A DNA stretch of 59,115 nt, taken from Xanthobacteraceae bacterium (GTDB taxonomy: Bacteria; Pseudomonadota; Alphaproteobacteria; Rhizobiales; Xanthobacteraceae). A program made the position numbers and the translations under genes. A model generated the notes under the pieces. It saw only the letters and a program-made list of their open reading frames with translations, made no database searches and was not told where the DNA came from. The DNA lies in contig DATMQV010000267.1 in NCBI GenBank assembly GCA_035566615.1, positions 1 through 59,115 on the forward strand, read 5' to 3'. Below are positions 10,533 to 19,320 of this stretch, piece by piece. Each line of letters opens with the position of its first letter. Position 1 is the first letter of the stretch.

Positions 10533-11630
10533 ATGCCAGTGGAATACTTGCGCCCCGGCCGTGAAGCCTCCGATCCCAATGTCACCCCCGACATTCCGCC
10601 GCGGAGTGCGGATGCCATATGGGCAGCACTCGCCCATATGGCGACTTTCGGCATCTTCGTTATTCTGTTTGGCGCTGTCCTCTATCTGGGCCGCGCCATT
10701 CTGCTGCCGATCTTTGCCGCCGGCGTCGTCGCGCTGACGCTTGCGCCTTTGGTCAAGGCCGCGGGCCGCCGCGGCATCTCTCCCTGGATCACCGCCATTC
10801 TTGTCGTCGTGGTCGCTGTCGGCGCGTTGAGCCTGGCCGTAACCGCGATGGCCGGTCCGGTGAGCGAATGGGTCGGGCGCGCACCGGAAATCTGGACCAA
10901 CATCAAGGAGAAATTCGCCGTCCTCGAGCAACCGATCGCTGCCGCGCGTCAATTGCAGACCGCGTTGTTCGGCAGTTCGGCGGGATCCGAAATCTCGGCA
11001 CCCAATGTGGTCCTGCCGGTGGTCGCGTTTGCAACGCCGGCGGCCGGCGAGCTCTTGTTGTTTTTCGGCACGCTGTTTTTCTTTCTCGCCGGCCAGCTGG
11101 AATTGCGCGCGCGCTTCGTCACGCTGTTCACGGAGCGCGAATCGAAGCTGCGCTTCCTTCGCATCATGAACGACATCGAGAAGCACCTGACCGGCTATCT
11201 GGTGGTGGTGTCGATCATCAATGCCACGCTCGGGGTCATCGTCGGCATTGGCGCGTTTCTCTTGGGCTTCCCCAACCCGGCGTTTTTCGGCCTCGCCACC
11301 GCGGTGCTCAACTACATCCCTTATGTCGGGCCGGCGGTGATGGTGGTGATCCTGTTCGGCGTGGGCCTCGTCACCTTTCCGTCGCTCGGTCATGCTTTGC
11401 TGGCGCCGCTCGGCTTCGTTGCGCTCGCCACCGCCGAAGGACATTTCATCACGCCGACCATCGTCGGCCGCCGGATCACGCTCAATCCGCTGCTGGTGTT
11501 TCTCGCCTTGGCCTTTTGGACGTGGCTTTGGGGCCCGATTGGCGCATTCTTGGCAGCGCCGCTCTCGATCGTCGGCGTCGTGGTCTTCAATCACTTATTT
11601 CCCCAAGACGACGTCAAACTTCCCGATTGA
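10533..11630 (+). CDS. AI-2E family (PerM/UPF0118) membrane transporter
   Basis: Translation from the ATG at 10533 (MPVEYLRPG...) gives a multi-TM protein with the conserved C-terminal block YIPYVGP...[22 protein letters not shown]. An alternative start at about 10638 is possible. Confidence 0.8.
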   Translation: MPVEYLRPGREASDPNVTPDIPPRSADAIWAALAHMATFGIFVILFGAVLYLGRAILLPIFAAGVVALTLAPLVKAAGRRGISPWITAILVVVVAVGALSLAVTAMAGPVSEWVGRAPEIWTNIKEKFAVLEQPIAAARQLQTALFGSSAGSEISAPNVVLPVVAFATPAAGELLLFFGTLFFFLAGQLELRARFVTLFTERESKLRFLRIMNDIEKHLTGYLVVVSIINATLGVIVGIGAFLLGFPNPAFFGLATAVLNYIPYVGPAVMVVILFGVGLVTFPSLGHALLAPLGFVALATAEGHFITPTIVGRRITLNPLLVFLALAFWTWLWGPIGAFLAAPLSIVGVVVFNHLFPQDDVKLPD

Positions 11631-11698
11631 ATGGAACTTTTTGGAACCTGTATACTTATCGCGGCGAATTCGGCGCTCGATGCATTGGAGATGAAGTC

Positions 11699-12091
11699 AT
11701 GAACACCGCGTCGACGACATCACAAACCGCCCGCGACACGATCAAGGATGCGCGCGAAACCGTCCGCGAAGTGCATCAGGCCGCTTCCGACGCCTCCGCA
11801 GAGATGCATGGCGATGTGCAAAAGCTGCGCGAAGATTTCCAGCGCCTCGCCGACCAGGTTGCGGAAATCTTGACCGCGCGCGGCAATGCGGCCTGGAGCC
11901 GCGCCAAGTCGAGCGTGGACGATGTGCTTTCGGACGCGCAGGACAAGGGGCGCGACGCGGCAAGCGCGGTGCGCGAGGTGTCCGATCATTTCGTCGAAGC
12001 GCTCGACGAATCGATCAAGAAGCGGCCTTACACGACGCTTGCGATCGTTGCCGGAATTGCATTTCTGTTTGGCGCGGCGTGGCGCAGGTAA
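11699..12091 (+). CDS. DUF883/ElaB-YqjD-like stress protein with C-terminal membrane anchor
   Basis: The 130-aa product from the ATG at 11699 has a helical charged body and the terminal motif KKRPYTTLAIVAGIAFLFGAAWRR, typical of the ElaB/YqjD family. Confidence 0.75.
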   Translation: MNTASTTSQTARDTIKDARETVREVHQAASDASAEMHGDVQKLREDFQRLADQVAEILTARGNAAWSRAKSSVDDVLSDAQDKGRDAASAVREVSDHFVEALDESIKKRPYTTLAIVAGIAFLFGAAWRR

Positions 12092-12209
12092 CTTTGGCGC
12101 AGATAACTTTGGCCCAGATAATCTAGGAGAGGCGCTGCCATTCGGGCGCCGATTTGCTCAGACTTTCGATTGAGGCCGTCGCGGGCGTCGCGCGAGGGCC
12201 GCGAGGTTT

Positions 12210-12668
12210 TTGATGCTCAAGAACTGGCTGCATGACATTGCCCTCTCGGTGCAAGCAAAAAGTGGCGTTACGCCGCTGCTATTCGTCTGGTTTGCAATTG
12301 TCGCGCTCGCGCTCTTGACCGGGTTCGCCTTCCTGTGCGTCGCCGGGCATACGTGGCTGTCGCTGCAATTGGGCGCCGTTTTCGCCGGGCTGGCGATGGC
12401 CGGCATCTTTCTTCTCATCGCCTTGATTGCGGCGACGGCCGCAGCCGTCTCGCGCCGCAGCGCGAGGCAACGCGCGATTTTGGAACGCGCCGCGCGCGCT
12501 CAGGCTTCGTCGTCGTGGCTGCTCGACCCGAAGATGTTGAACATCGCCATGCAGGCCGGCCGCTCGTTCGGCTGGGAGCGCATCATCCCGGTCGTGCTGT
12601 TGGGTTTTCTTGCCGCGCGGTGGCTGGGGGAAAGTCGCCGACCGACGGCCGAAAGCGACGAGTCCTGA
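12210..12668 (+). CDS. Small membrane protein (YqjE/holin-X-like) commonly paired with DUF883 genes
   Basis: The 152-aa product has two or three hydrophobic helices and follows the DUF883 gene, as in elaB/yqjD-yqjE-type clusters. The start is the TTG at 12210 or the ATG at 12213. Confidence 0.55.
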   Translation: MMLKNWLHDIALSVQAKSGVTPLLFVWFAIVALALLTGFAFLCVAGHTWLSLQLGAVFAGLAMAGIFLLIALIAATAAAVSRRSARQRAILERAARAQASSSWLLDPKMLNIAMQAGRSFGWERIIPVVLLGFLAARWLGESRRPTAESDES

Positions 12669-13637
12669 TCAGACGCCGCGGATCGGCGGAAAGACATTCG
12701 CGGCGTGACTGAGAGCGTCCCGCGCCTGCCGCGAATCCTGGTTTATCGCCTGCACCAGTTCGTCGATCGAGCCGAAGAATTTTTCCTCGCGAATCCAGGC
12801 GATGAAGGCTACGTCGATAGGCTTGTCGTAGAGGTCGCCGGCAAAGTCGAACAAGAACACCTCGAGCAGCACGACGCCTGAGTCGAACATCGGCCGGCGG
12901 CCGAAATTAGCGACGCCGTCGTAGAGGCGATCGCCGACGGCGACGCGTACCGCGTAGACGCCGTGCCGCAGCCCGCAAGCCGCATCGAGGCTGATATTGG
13001 CGGTCGGAAAGCCAAGTTCACGCCCGCGTTTATCGCCATGGATCACCTCGCCCGAGATGAACCAAGGAAAGCCCAGCAAGGTCGCCGCTTCCTCGGGCCG
13101 CCCGGCCGCGAGCGCGTCGCGTATTGGGCCGGACGACACCGGGCGGCCATTGAGCTCGAACGGCGCGATCACATCGACGGCAAAGCCGAATTTCCGGCCT
13201 TCCGCCGCCAGAAAATCAGGCGAGCCCGCGCGATTCTTGCCGAAATGGAAATTGAATCCGATCACGGCGCCGCTGATGCCAAAGCGGCCGACCAGAATGC
13301 GGGTGACGAATTCATCCGCCGTCAGGCCCGCGAGCGGCGCATTGAATGTCAGGACGATCGCGCCGTCGAGCCCGGTCGAAGCCAACAACCGCAACTTGGC
13401 GGCCTCGTCGGTCAGGCGGAACAAGGGCTCGCCGGGCACGAAGAAGCTGCGGGGATGCGGCTCAAAGGTCAGGACGGCCGCCGGCTTGCCGAGGGCCTTG
13501 GCGCGCTGCTGCGCCGCAACAATGACCGCCTGATGCCCGCGGTGGACGCCGTCGAAATTGCCCATGGCCACCACGGCGCCGTGCAGCGCCGCATCGGGCG
13601 CGTCGTCGCGTACGACCAGAAAGCGTCTTCGCGTCAT
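12669..13637 (-). CDS. ribF: Bifunctional riboflavin kinase / FAD synthetase
   Basis: It starts at the ATG at 13637 (MTRRRFLVVRDD...). It has the motif GNFDGVHRGHQAV and the C-terminal kinase block GFPTANI...GVYAV...ANFGRRP. The track ORF over-extends to 13763. Confidence 0.9.
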   Translation of the reverse strand: MTRRRFLVVRDDAPDAALHGAVVAMGNFDGVHRGHQAVIVAAQQRAKALGKPAAVLTFEPHPRSFFVPGEPLFRLTDEAAKLRLLASTGLDGAIVLTFNAPLAGLTADEFVTRILVGRFGISGAVIGFNFHFGKNRAGSPDFLAAEGRKFGFAVDVIAPFELNGRPVSSGPIRDALAAGRPEEAATLLGFPWFISGEVIHGDKRGRELGFPTANISLDAACGLRHGVYAVRVAVGDRLYDGVANFGRRPMFDSGVVLLEVFLFDFAGDLYDKPIDVAFIAWIREEKFFGSIDELVQAINQDSRQARDALSHAANVFPPIRGV

Positions 13638-13842
13638 TGGCTTCGATTGGGTAAGAAGAAGAACCTGCGCGGGCCGTAGGTGCCGCTGCCCGGGAGCCAA
13701 GTCAAGCAGCGCATCCGACAGCCTGGACGTCGACGCACGGTTGCGCACCGGGCAGGCCGACAATCCCCGCGATTAACCCGATTTTCAAACCCACCGCGAT
13801 ACCATTGTATTCGTTTGTTGCTAGCCGGGGGGCCTGGGGACC

Positions 13843-14231
13843 ATGGCGCTCGATCCTTCGATGCCGGTACTCGTGGTGGACGACTATGCCACCATGATCC
13901 GGATCATCCGCAATCTCTTGAAGAGATCGGCTTCGCCGATGTCGACGACGCCAATGACGGCAGCACGGCGCTCGCGAAGATGCACGAGAAGCGATGCGGC
14001 TTGGTGATCTCCGATTGGAACATGGAGCCAATGACCGGCTACGACCTGCTGCGCCAAGTGCGGGCCGACCCCGAACTGGGCGCGACGCCTTTCATCATGG
14101 TGACCGCGGAATCAAAAACCGAAAACGTGATCGCAGCACGCAAGGCAGGCGTGAACAACTACATCGTCAAGACGTTCAACGCGCAGACGCTCAAGACCAA
14201 GATCGAGTCGGTGCTGGCGGACGCCAGATAG
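13843..14231 (+). pseudogene. Single-domain CheY-like response regulator with a one-base frame change near codon 26
   Basis: The ATG at 13843 gives MALDPSMPVLVVDDYATMIRIIRNLL, then the frame breaks. The rest (EEIGFADVDDANDGSTALAKM...VISDWNMEPMTG...IMVTAES...NNYIVKTF...) continues in the -1 frame to the TAG at 14229-14231. Confidence 0.8.
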
Positions 14232-14269
14232 CGCTCGCTCGATCGCTTTCAGACTGAATCGATTGGCGC

Positions 14270-15130
14270 TCACCAGGTGAGCCGGCGCGCGATCGCTTTC
14301 GGCGCGACGCCCGCGGCCGCAAAGGTCGCGTTCAAGCCCGACAGATCCGGCGCTCCGCGCCCACCCGCATCTTCCGCATGCAAGCCGGAAACGACGAACA
14401 GGCAATCGAGCCCATACGAGGTGGCGCCCTTGAGATCGGTTCGCACCGAATCCCCGATCGCCAACACGCGCGCAAGCGGCGTTGGCCCGCCGCGCAGCGC
14501 CGCTGCCTTGCCGAGCGCGGCCTCGTAGATCGGCGCGTAGGGCTTGCCGCAATACAGCACCTCCCCGCCGATCTCGGCATACGCGTCCGCGATCGCGCCA
14601 GCGCAATAGACGAGCTCATCGCCGCGCTCGACCACGATGTCGGGATTGGCGCACACCATGAACAGCGAACGTGCGCGCATCGTCGTTAGCAGTTCGCGAT
14701 AGTCCTCCGGCGTCTCACGCGTGTCGTCGAACAGGCCGGAGCACACCACATAATCGGCGGTCTCAGCCGGCGCGAAAGTGACATCGAGGCCGGCGAAGAT
14801 CGAAAGGTCGCGCTCCGGACCGAGATGAAACACGCGCTCAGGCAATCTTGTTTCGACAATGCCGTGGGTGACATCACCGGAACTCGTAATCGCGTCGTAA
14901 GCATCGTGCGGCACGGCAAAACGATCGAGGATGCGTCGCACGTTCGCGCCCGCGCGCGGCGCGTTGGTGATCAGGATGACCGTGCCGCCCTCGCCGCGAA
15001 AGCGCGCAAGCGCATCGCAGGCCTCAGGGAAGGCGGCGATGCCGTTGTGCACGACGCCCCAGATGTCGCACAGCAGGACGTCATAGTCGCGCGCGAGCGG
15101 ACCAAATTGTTCGATCAGGGGAACCGTCAT
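14270..15130 (-). CDS. HAD-superfamily class IIA hydrolase (TIGR01459-like)
   Basis: The 286-aa product has motif I LLCDIWGVVHNG, ILITNAPR, the conserved CGKPY lysine region and a C-terminal IGDSVRTD motif. Confidence 0.75.
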   Translation of the reverse strand: MTVPLIEQFGPLARDYDVLLCDIWGVVHNGIAAFPEACDALARFRGEGGTVILITNAPRAGANVRRILDRFAVPHDAYDAITSSGDVTHGIVETRLPERVFHLGPERDLSIFAGLDVTFAPAETADYVVCSGLFDDTRETPEDYRELLTTMRARSLFMVCANPDIVVERGDELVYCAGAIADAYAEIGGEVLYCGKPYAPIYEAALGKAAALRGGPTPLARVLAIGDSVRTDLKGATSYGLDCLFVVSGLHAEDAGGRGAPDLSGLNATFAAAGVAPKAIARRLTW

Positions 15131-15214
15131 TGCGACCTAAATCAAGCAACCCCGTACGCAGGCGTGGATTGCTTCATCGGGTGCGCCCTCGGCAATGACC
15201 ACTCATACTACTCA

Positions 15215-16678
15215 CTACTCATCATGCATCACGTGCGCCCGCTGGCGGTCGCGCACGAGCTGAGCGAGACCGCTGCTGCGCAGCGAAGAACCGGCAGGTG
15301 GACCGGTCGCCGCCGGCCCCGTCCCGACCCTCGCCTGCTCGGCAGTGCCCAGATCTGCGACTCCCTGCAAGGCCTCGGCGCGCACCGGCCGTGGCGGTGA
15401 AAACAGAAAGCCCTGGCCGAAACGCACGTCGTAGTCGAGGAGATCGACGACGGTCGATTCACTCTCGATCCGGTCGGCGATAAGATCGATGCCGAAGCGG
15501 CCGAGGAGGTCGGAGAAATCGGCCGGGTGAATATTCGCCGTGGCGCTTCCCACACGGTTGAGCAGCAAAGCGGCCTGCGCCTTGACGAAGCGGAAGCCGC
15601 GCGCGGTCAATTCGCGCGGCTCGATCCGCAGGTCGACGAGGTTGTCCATGGAAAACCGGAAGCCTCGCTCGGCCAACGCCGCAAGGCTTTCATGCTCCAT
15701 CGGCCCCATACCGCGGACCGCATTTTGGGTGAACTCGAACACCAGTGACGGCGCGATCGCCCGATTGGCCTCGATCAGTTCGAGCAGCTGCGGAAATCCC
15801 GCGTCCGTCAGCGTCACGACCGAAAGATTGCAGAACAGGCCGATATCGCGATTCTTCAGAAGGAGCCGCCTGACCACCTGCACGCAACGGAGCACGCATA
15901 GACCGTCGAGCTTGGGCAAACGCGAGCCCGCCTCGGCATAGGACAGAAAGTCCGCGGCGGCGACGACCTCGCCGTCACCGGCATTGAGCCGGGACATCGC
16001 TTCGTAATAGCGCACCTTGCGCTGCGGCAAGGTCACGATCGGCTGCAGGTAGAGATCGATCCTCTGGCTGTCGATGGCGCCGGCCACGGCGGCGACGACA
16101 GCGTCCTGATCGAGGCCAGGGAAAGCGGCAATCTTGGGCAAAGTCGGCGCACCCGTCCCGGAAGGCGGTGCCATCGCGCCGCCAACCCGAGGCATGCTCG
16201 CGGCCGGTTTCTCCAGGACGCTCGCTTGCGCCGGCAGCGGAGCCCGCTCTGCGCTCAGCGCAAGCTCATGCTGGGCGACCGAATCGGCAAGCTGCCTTAC
16301 CAGCCGCGATAATTCCTCGATCTCCCCGGCAAGCGGCTCTGCAGTCGACGCCGGACTGCCACGACTGCCGATTGTGCCAAGTACGCCGAGCGTCCCGACC
16401 TTTTCTTCCAGCGCCACCAGCCGCCGGCCGAACTCGGCCATTTGGCGCGCCAGATCGCCCGACCCGCGCGCCAAGCTTGCAACCTGATCGTTCACGACAG
16501 CGCGATCGCGTCTGCGTCCGGAGACCGCGTTATAGAGGGCAAGCACGGTGAGCAGGCCGAGCGCCGCCACTGCGGAATCGACCACGGAAAACCCAAATCG
16601 CAGGAAAAGCACGGCGCCGAGCGAAGCCGCGATGAGCACCATGCATAAGGCGATAAAGATGGCGCCGATCCGCACCAT
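15215..16678 (-). CDS. Membrane-anchored coiled-coil EAL-domain protein (c-di-GMP phosphodiesterase-like, motifs partly degenerate)
   Basis: It has two N-terminal TM helices, a coiled-coil linker and then an EAL fold (LYLQPIV...YYEAMSRL...GQGFLFSPP). Confidence 0.75.
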   Translation of the reverse strand: MVRIGAIFIALCMVLIAASLGAVLFLRFGFSVVDSAVAALGLLTVLALYNAVSGRRRDRAVVNDQVASLARGSGDLARQMAEFGRRLVALEEKVGTLGVLGTIGSRGSPASTAEPLAGEIEELSRLVRQLADSVAQHELALSAERAPLPAQASVLEKPAASMPRVGGAMAPPSGTGAPTLPKIAAFPGLDQDAVVAAVAGAIDSQRIDLYLQPIVTLPQRKVRYYEAMSRLNAGDGEVVAAADFLSYAEAGSRLPKLDGLCVLRCVQVVRRLLLKNRDIGLFCNLSVVTLTDAGFPQLLELIEANRAIAPSLVFEFTQNAVRGMGPMEHESLAALAERGFRFSMDNLVDLRIEPRELTARGFRFVKAQAALLLNRVGSATANIHPADFSDLLGRFGIDLIADRIESESTVVDLLDYDVRFGQGFLFSPPRPVRAEALQGVADLGTAEQARVGTGPAATGPPAGSSLRSSGLAQLVRDRQRAHVMHDE

Positions 16679-16780
16679 AGGGTCCCAATGCCGGAGATGA
16701 TTCGCTTCCGAGCGGTATCACTGTCCACAAGCACCGCGCCGCCGCAAGGACTCTTCGGCCCGCGGCGGCCGGATTGCGCT

Positions 16781-16860
16781 AAGCATGAATCCCGAAAAGT
16801 GGCGACCAGTTTTCGGAAAAGATCATGCTCGAACAGAACACTAGAGAGTGATGACGATTA
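16781..16860 (+). repeat. Palindromic intergenic element, copy A
   Basis: The sequence aagcatgaatcccgaaaagtggcgaccagttttcggaaaagatcatgctc is followed by ...ctagagagtgatgacgatt, which matches the second module of copy C. Confidence 0.7.
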
Positions 16861-16879
16861 GAAAAAAGTTCATCCCTCG

Positions 16880-18220
16880 CTAGACGACGGCGCGAATGAC
16901 GCGTGCCACCTTTTCGAAGATTTCGCCGATTTCCGCCTCGCTGACGATCAAGGGAGGGGCGATCGCCAGGGTATCGCCGGCGATCCGGATGACCAGGTCC
17001 TCGTCGTGGAAGGCCCGTTCCATGGCCTCGTAGCCGCGCTCGCCGGGGGCGCCGGGCCGCGGCGCAAGGTCGACACCGGCCGCAATGCCGACCGCGCGCA
17101 CGTCGAGCACGCCGGGCAGGCCCTTGAGCGTCATCGCGGCGTCGACATAGAGCGGCTCGAGCCGCTTTGCCCGCTCGAACAGACCCTCGTCCCGGTAAAG
17201 ATCGAGCGCCGCGAGACCGGCCGCGCAAGCGAGCGGATGTGCCGAATAGGTGTAGCCGTGGAACAGTTCGATCACATGTTCCGGGCCGTGCATGAAGGCA
17301 TCGTAGACGCTTTCGCGCGCAATCACGCCGCCCATCGGCACGGCGCCCGAATTCACCCCTTTGGCGAAGCACAGGAGGTCGGGCGTCACGCCGTAACGCT
17401 CTGCGGCGAAGGCATGGCCGAGCCGGCCAAAGCCGGTGATGACCTCGTCGAAAATGAGCAGAATACCGTGCCGATCGCAGATGGTGCGCAGGCGCTGGAG
17501 ATAGCCCTGCGGTGGCGGCAGCACGCCGGTCGAGCCGGCCATCGGCTCGACGATCACGGCTGCGATCGTGGAAGCGCCATGGAGCGCGACGATGCGCTCA
17601 AGCTCATCGGCTAAGTGAGCGCCCCATTGCGGCTCGCCCTTGGTGAACGCTTGCTGCTCGCGGCTATAGGTCGCCGGCAGGTGATCGACGCCGGTGAGAA
17701 GCGTTCCGAAGAATTTCCGGTTGTTGACGATGCCGCCGACCGAAATGCCGCCGAAGCCGACGCCGTGATAGCCGCGCTCACGGCCGATCAGGCGGGTGCG
17801 GTCACCCTCGCCGCGGATATTGTGGTAAGCGAGTGCGATCTTCAATGCGGTGTCGACCGCCTCCGAACCCGAATTACAAAAGAACACGCGGTTGAGATCG
17901 GCCGGCGCCAGCGCGGCGATCCGGCTCGCCAGCTCGAAAGACTTTGGATGCGCGAAGTGAAAAGCGGCCGCGTAGTCGAGTTCGGCGGCCTGCCGCTGGA
18001 TGGCAGCGACAATCGAATCACGGTTGTGGCCAGCATTCGAGCACCACAACCCCGCCAATCCATCCAGCACGGCGCGCCCGTCCGGCGTGAAGTAGTGCAT
18101 TCCCTTCGCCGACGTGATCAAACGCGGTGCGCGCTTGAAAGCTCTGTTGGGCGTGAACGGCAGCCAAAACGCGTCGAGATCGTTGGTTTGGCGTGTTGCC
18201 AGGCTTCCAATATCGGTCAT
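16880..18220 (-). CDS. Class-III PLP-dependent aminotransferase (omega-amino acid:pyruvate type)
   Basis: It starts at the ATG at 18220 (MTDIGSLATRQTNDLDAFWLPFT...). It has the motifs FCNSGSEAVDTALK, FDEVITGFGRLG and the PLP-lysine context LCFAKGVNSG. Confidence 0.85.
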   Translation of the reverse strand: MTDIGSLATRQTNDLDAFWLPFTPNRAFKRAPRLITSAKGMHYFTPDGRAVLDGLAGLWCSNAGHNRDSIVAAIQRQAAELDYAAAFHFAHPKSFELASRIAALAPADLNRVFFCNSGSEAVDTALKIALAYHNIRGEGDRTRLIGRERGYHGVGFGGISVGGIVNNRKFFGTLLTGVDHLPATYSREQQAFTKGEPQWGAHLADELERIVALHGASTIAAVIVEPMAGSTGVLPPPQGYLQRLRTICDRHGILLIFDEVITGFGRLGHAFAAERYGVTPDLLCFAKGVNSGAVPMGGVIARESVYDAFMHGPEHVIELFHGYTYSAHPLACAAGLAALDLYRDEGLFERAKRLEPLYVDAAMTLKGLPGVLDVRAVGIAAGVDLAPRPGAPGERGYEAMERAFHDEDLVIRIAGDTLAIAPPLIVSEAEIGEIFEKVARVIRAVV

Positions 18221-18412
18221 CGGTCGTCTCGCTATTCTCGGCCGGCAACTTAAAGCGACCACACGGTTCCCACAGCCGTGCAAAATTGAACATGTTCCCG
18301 GCCGCGCTCAATACAATCTATCGCAGGTTGGGGCGGCGTCGAACAGTTTCCTGGGTCCTCTTATTCCTGGGTCCTCCTGGAAACCACACGGGCCGAAACC
18401 GCGGGCAGCCGA

Positions 18413-19117
18413 TTGGCAACGGCTGCGCGCGGACAATGGACCTTGGAGTCTTACTTGGCGAGAGCGAGAAGAAGAAGAAACGTCTTCGATCCGCGAGTAG
18501 TTCTAACGGGGAGAGGCCACGGCCAAGTCCGCAAGCGGTTTCAGGCCGGTCAGGTGATCTATTCGCAAGGCGATCCGCCTGAGGCGGCATTTTTCCTCGA
18601 GAGCGGTTCCATCAAGGTGTCGACCGTCGTCCGCAACGGTCGGGAGGCCGTTCTTGCGCTGCCCGGCCCAGGCGATTTTTTCGGCGTCCGCTGCCTGCTC
18701 GGCACGCCTCACACCGCGACCGCAACCGCCCTCACCGACTCCAGCGTTGTCCGCGTAACCACCGCCGCGCTTTGCCGAATGGTGCGAGAAGTCCCGGACT
18801 TTGCGGAAATGTTCGCCACGTTTTTGGTGCAGCGTTGTGCCGACGACCAAGAGCGGCTGATCAGTCATCTCACGCATTCCGCCGAGCAACGTTTGGCATA
18901 CACGCTGCTGCGGCTCGCGAGTTCGAACCGCGAAGATCACGCGCTGCCGATACCGATCAGTCAATCGCTACTTGCCAAAATGATCGGCACCACACGGTCG
19001 CGTGTCAGCTTCTTCATGAATCGCTTCAAGCGGAAAGGCTTTATCGAATACGGACACGACGGCAGAATCAGAGTCCATCAGAGCTTACGCAGCGCGGTAG
19101 TCGAGGATTGGTTCTAA
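18413..19117 (+). CDS. Crp/Fnr-family transcriptional regulator
   Basis: It has a cNMP-binding-like barrel (IYSQGDPPEAAFFLESGSIKV...LPGPGDFFG) and a C-terminal HTH (SQSLLAKMIGTTRSRVSFFMNRFKRKGFI). The start codon is uncertain: TTG at 18413 or a downstream TTG. Confidence 0.8.
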   Translation: MATAARGQWTLESYLARARRRRNVFDPRVVLTGRGHGQVRKRFQAGQVIYSQGDPPEAAFFLESGSIKVSTVVRNGREAVLALPGPGDFFGVRCLLGTPHTATATALTDSSVVRVTTAALCRMVREVPDFAEMFATFLVQRCADDQERLISHLTHSAEQRLAYTLLRLASSNREDHALPIPISQSLLAKMIGTTRSRVSFFMNRFKRKGFIEYGHDGRIRVHQSLRSAVVEDWF

Positions 19118-19320
19118 GCGGCGCGCGCATTGCTGCTCTCGCTCTATCCAAGATTGCACGCTGCGCGCGTTCCGCGTGCGAGTTCCCAGTTGCCCACAGC
19201 GGTCGCTTCTTTGTGAACGTTTCTAAAGCTGTATAAATTTGAACGTTCGACGGAAGATGGCATCATCACGCAGACTCGGCTCGATGAGCCCCCTGGCCGG
19301 TTCAACCACCGCGGTGGGCG

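Noticed and set aside
10410-11594. A 395-codon 5' extension of the ileS ORF (the track lists 1399 aa).
   Set aside because: IleRS homology starts at the ATG at 10409. The extension is a highly charged (D/E/R/H-rich) antisense shadow of the AI-2E transporter gene on the plus strand.
13900-13930. Programmed -1 ribosomal frameshifting as an explanation for the broken cheY, USP and patatin genes.
   Set aside because: No X_XXY_YYZ slippery heptamer or obvious downstream stimulatory structure occurs at any of the three sites. The genes belong to families not known to use recoding.
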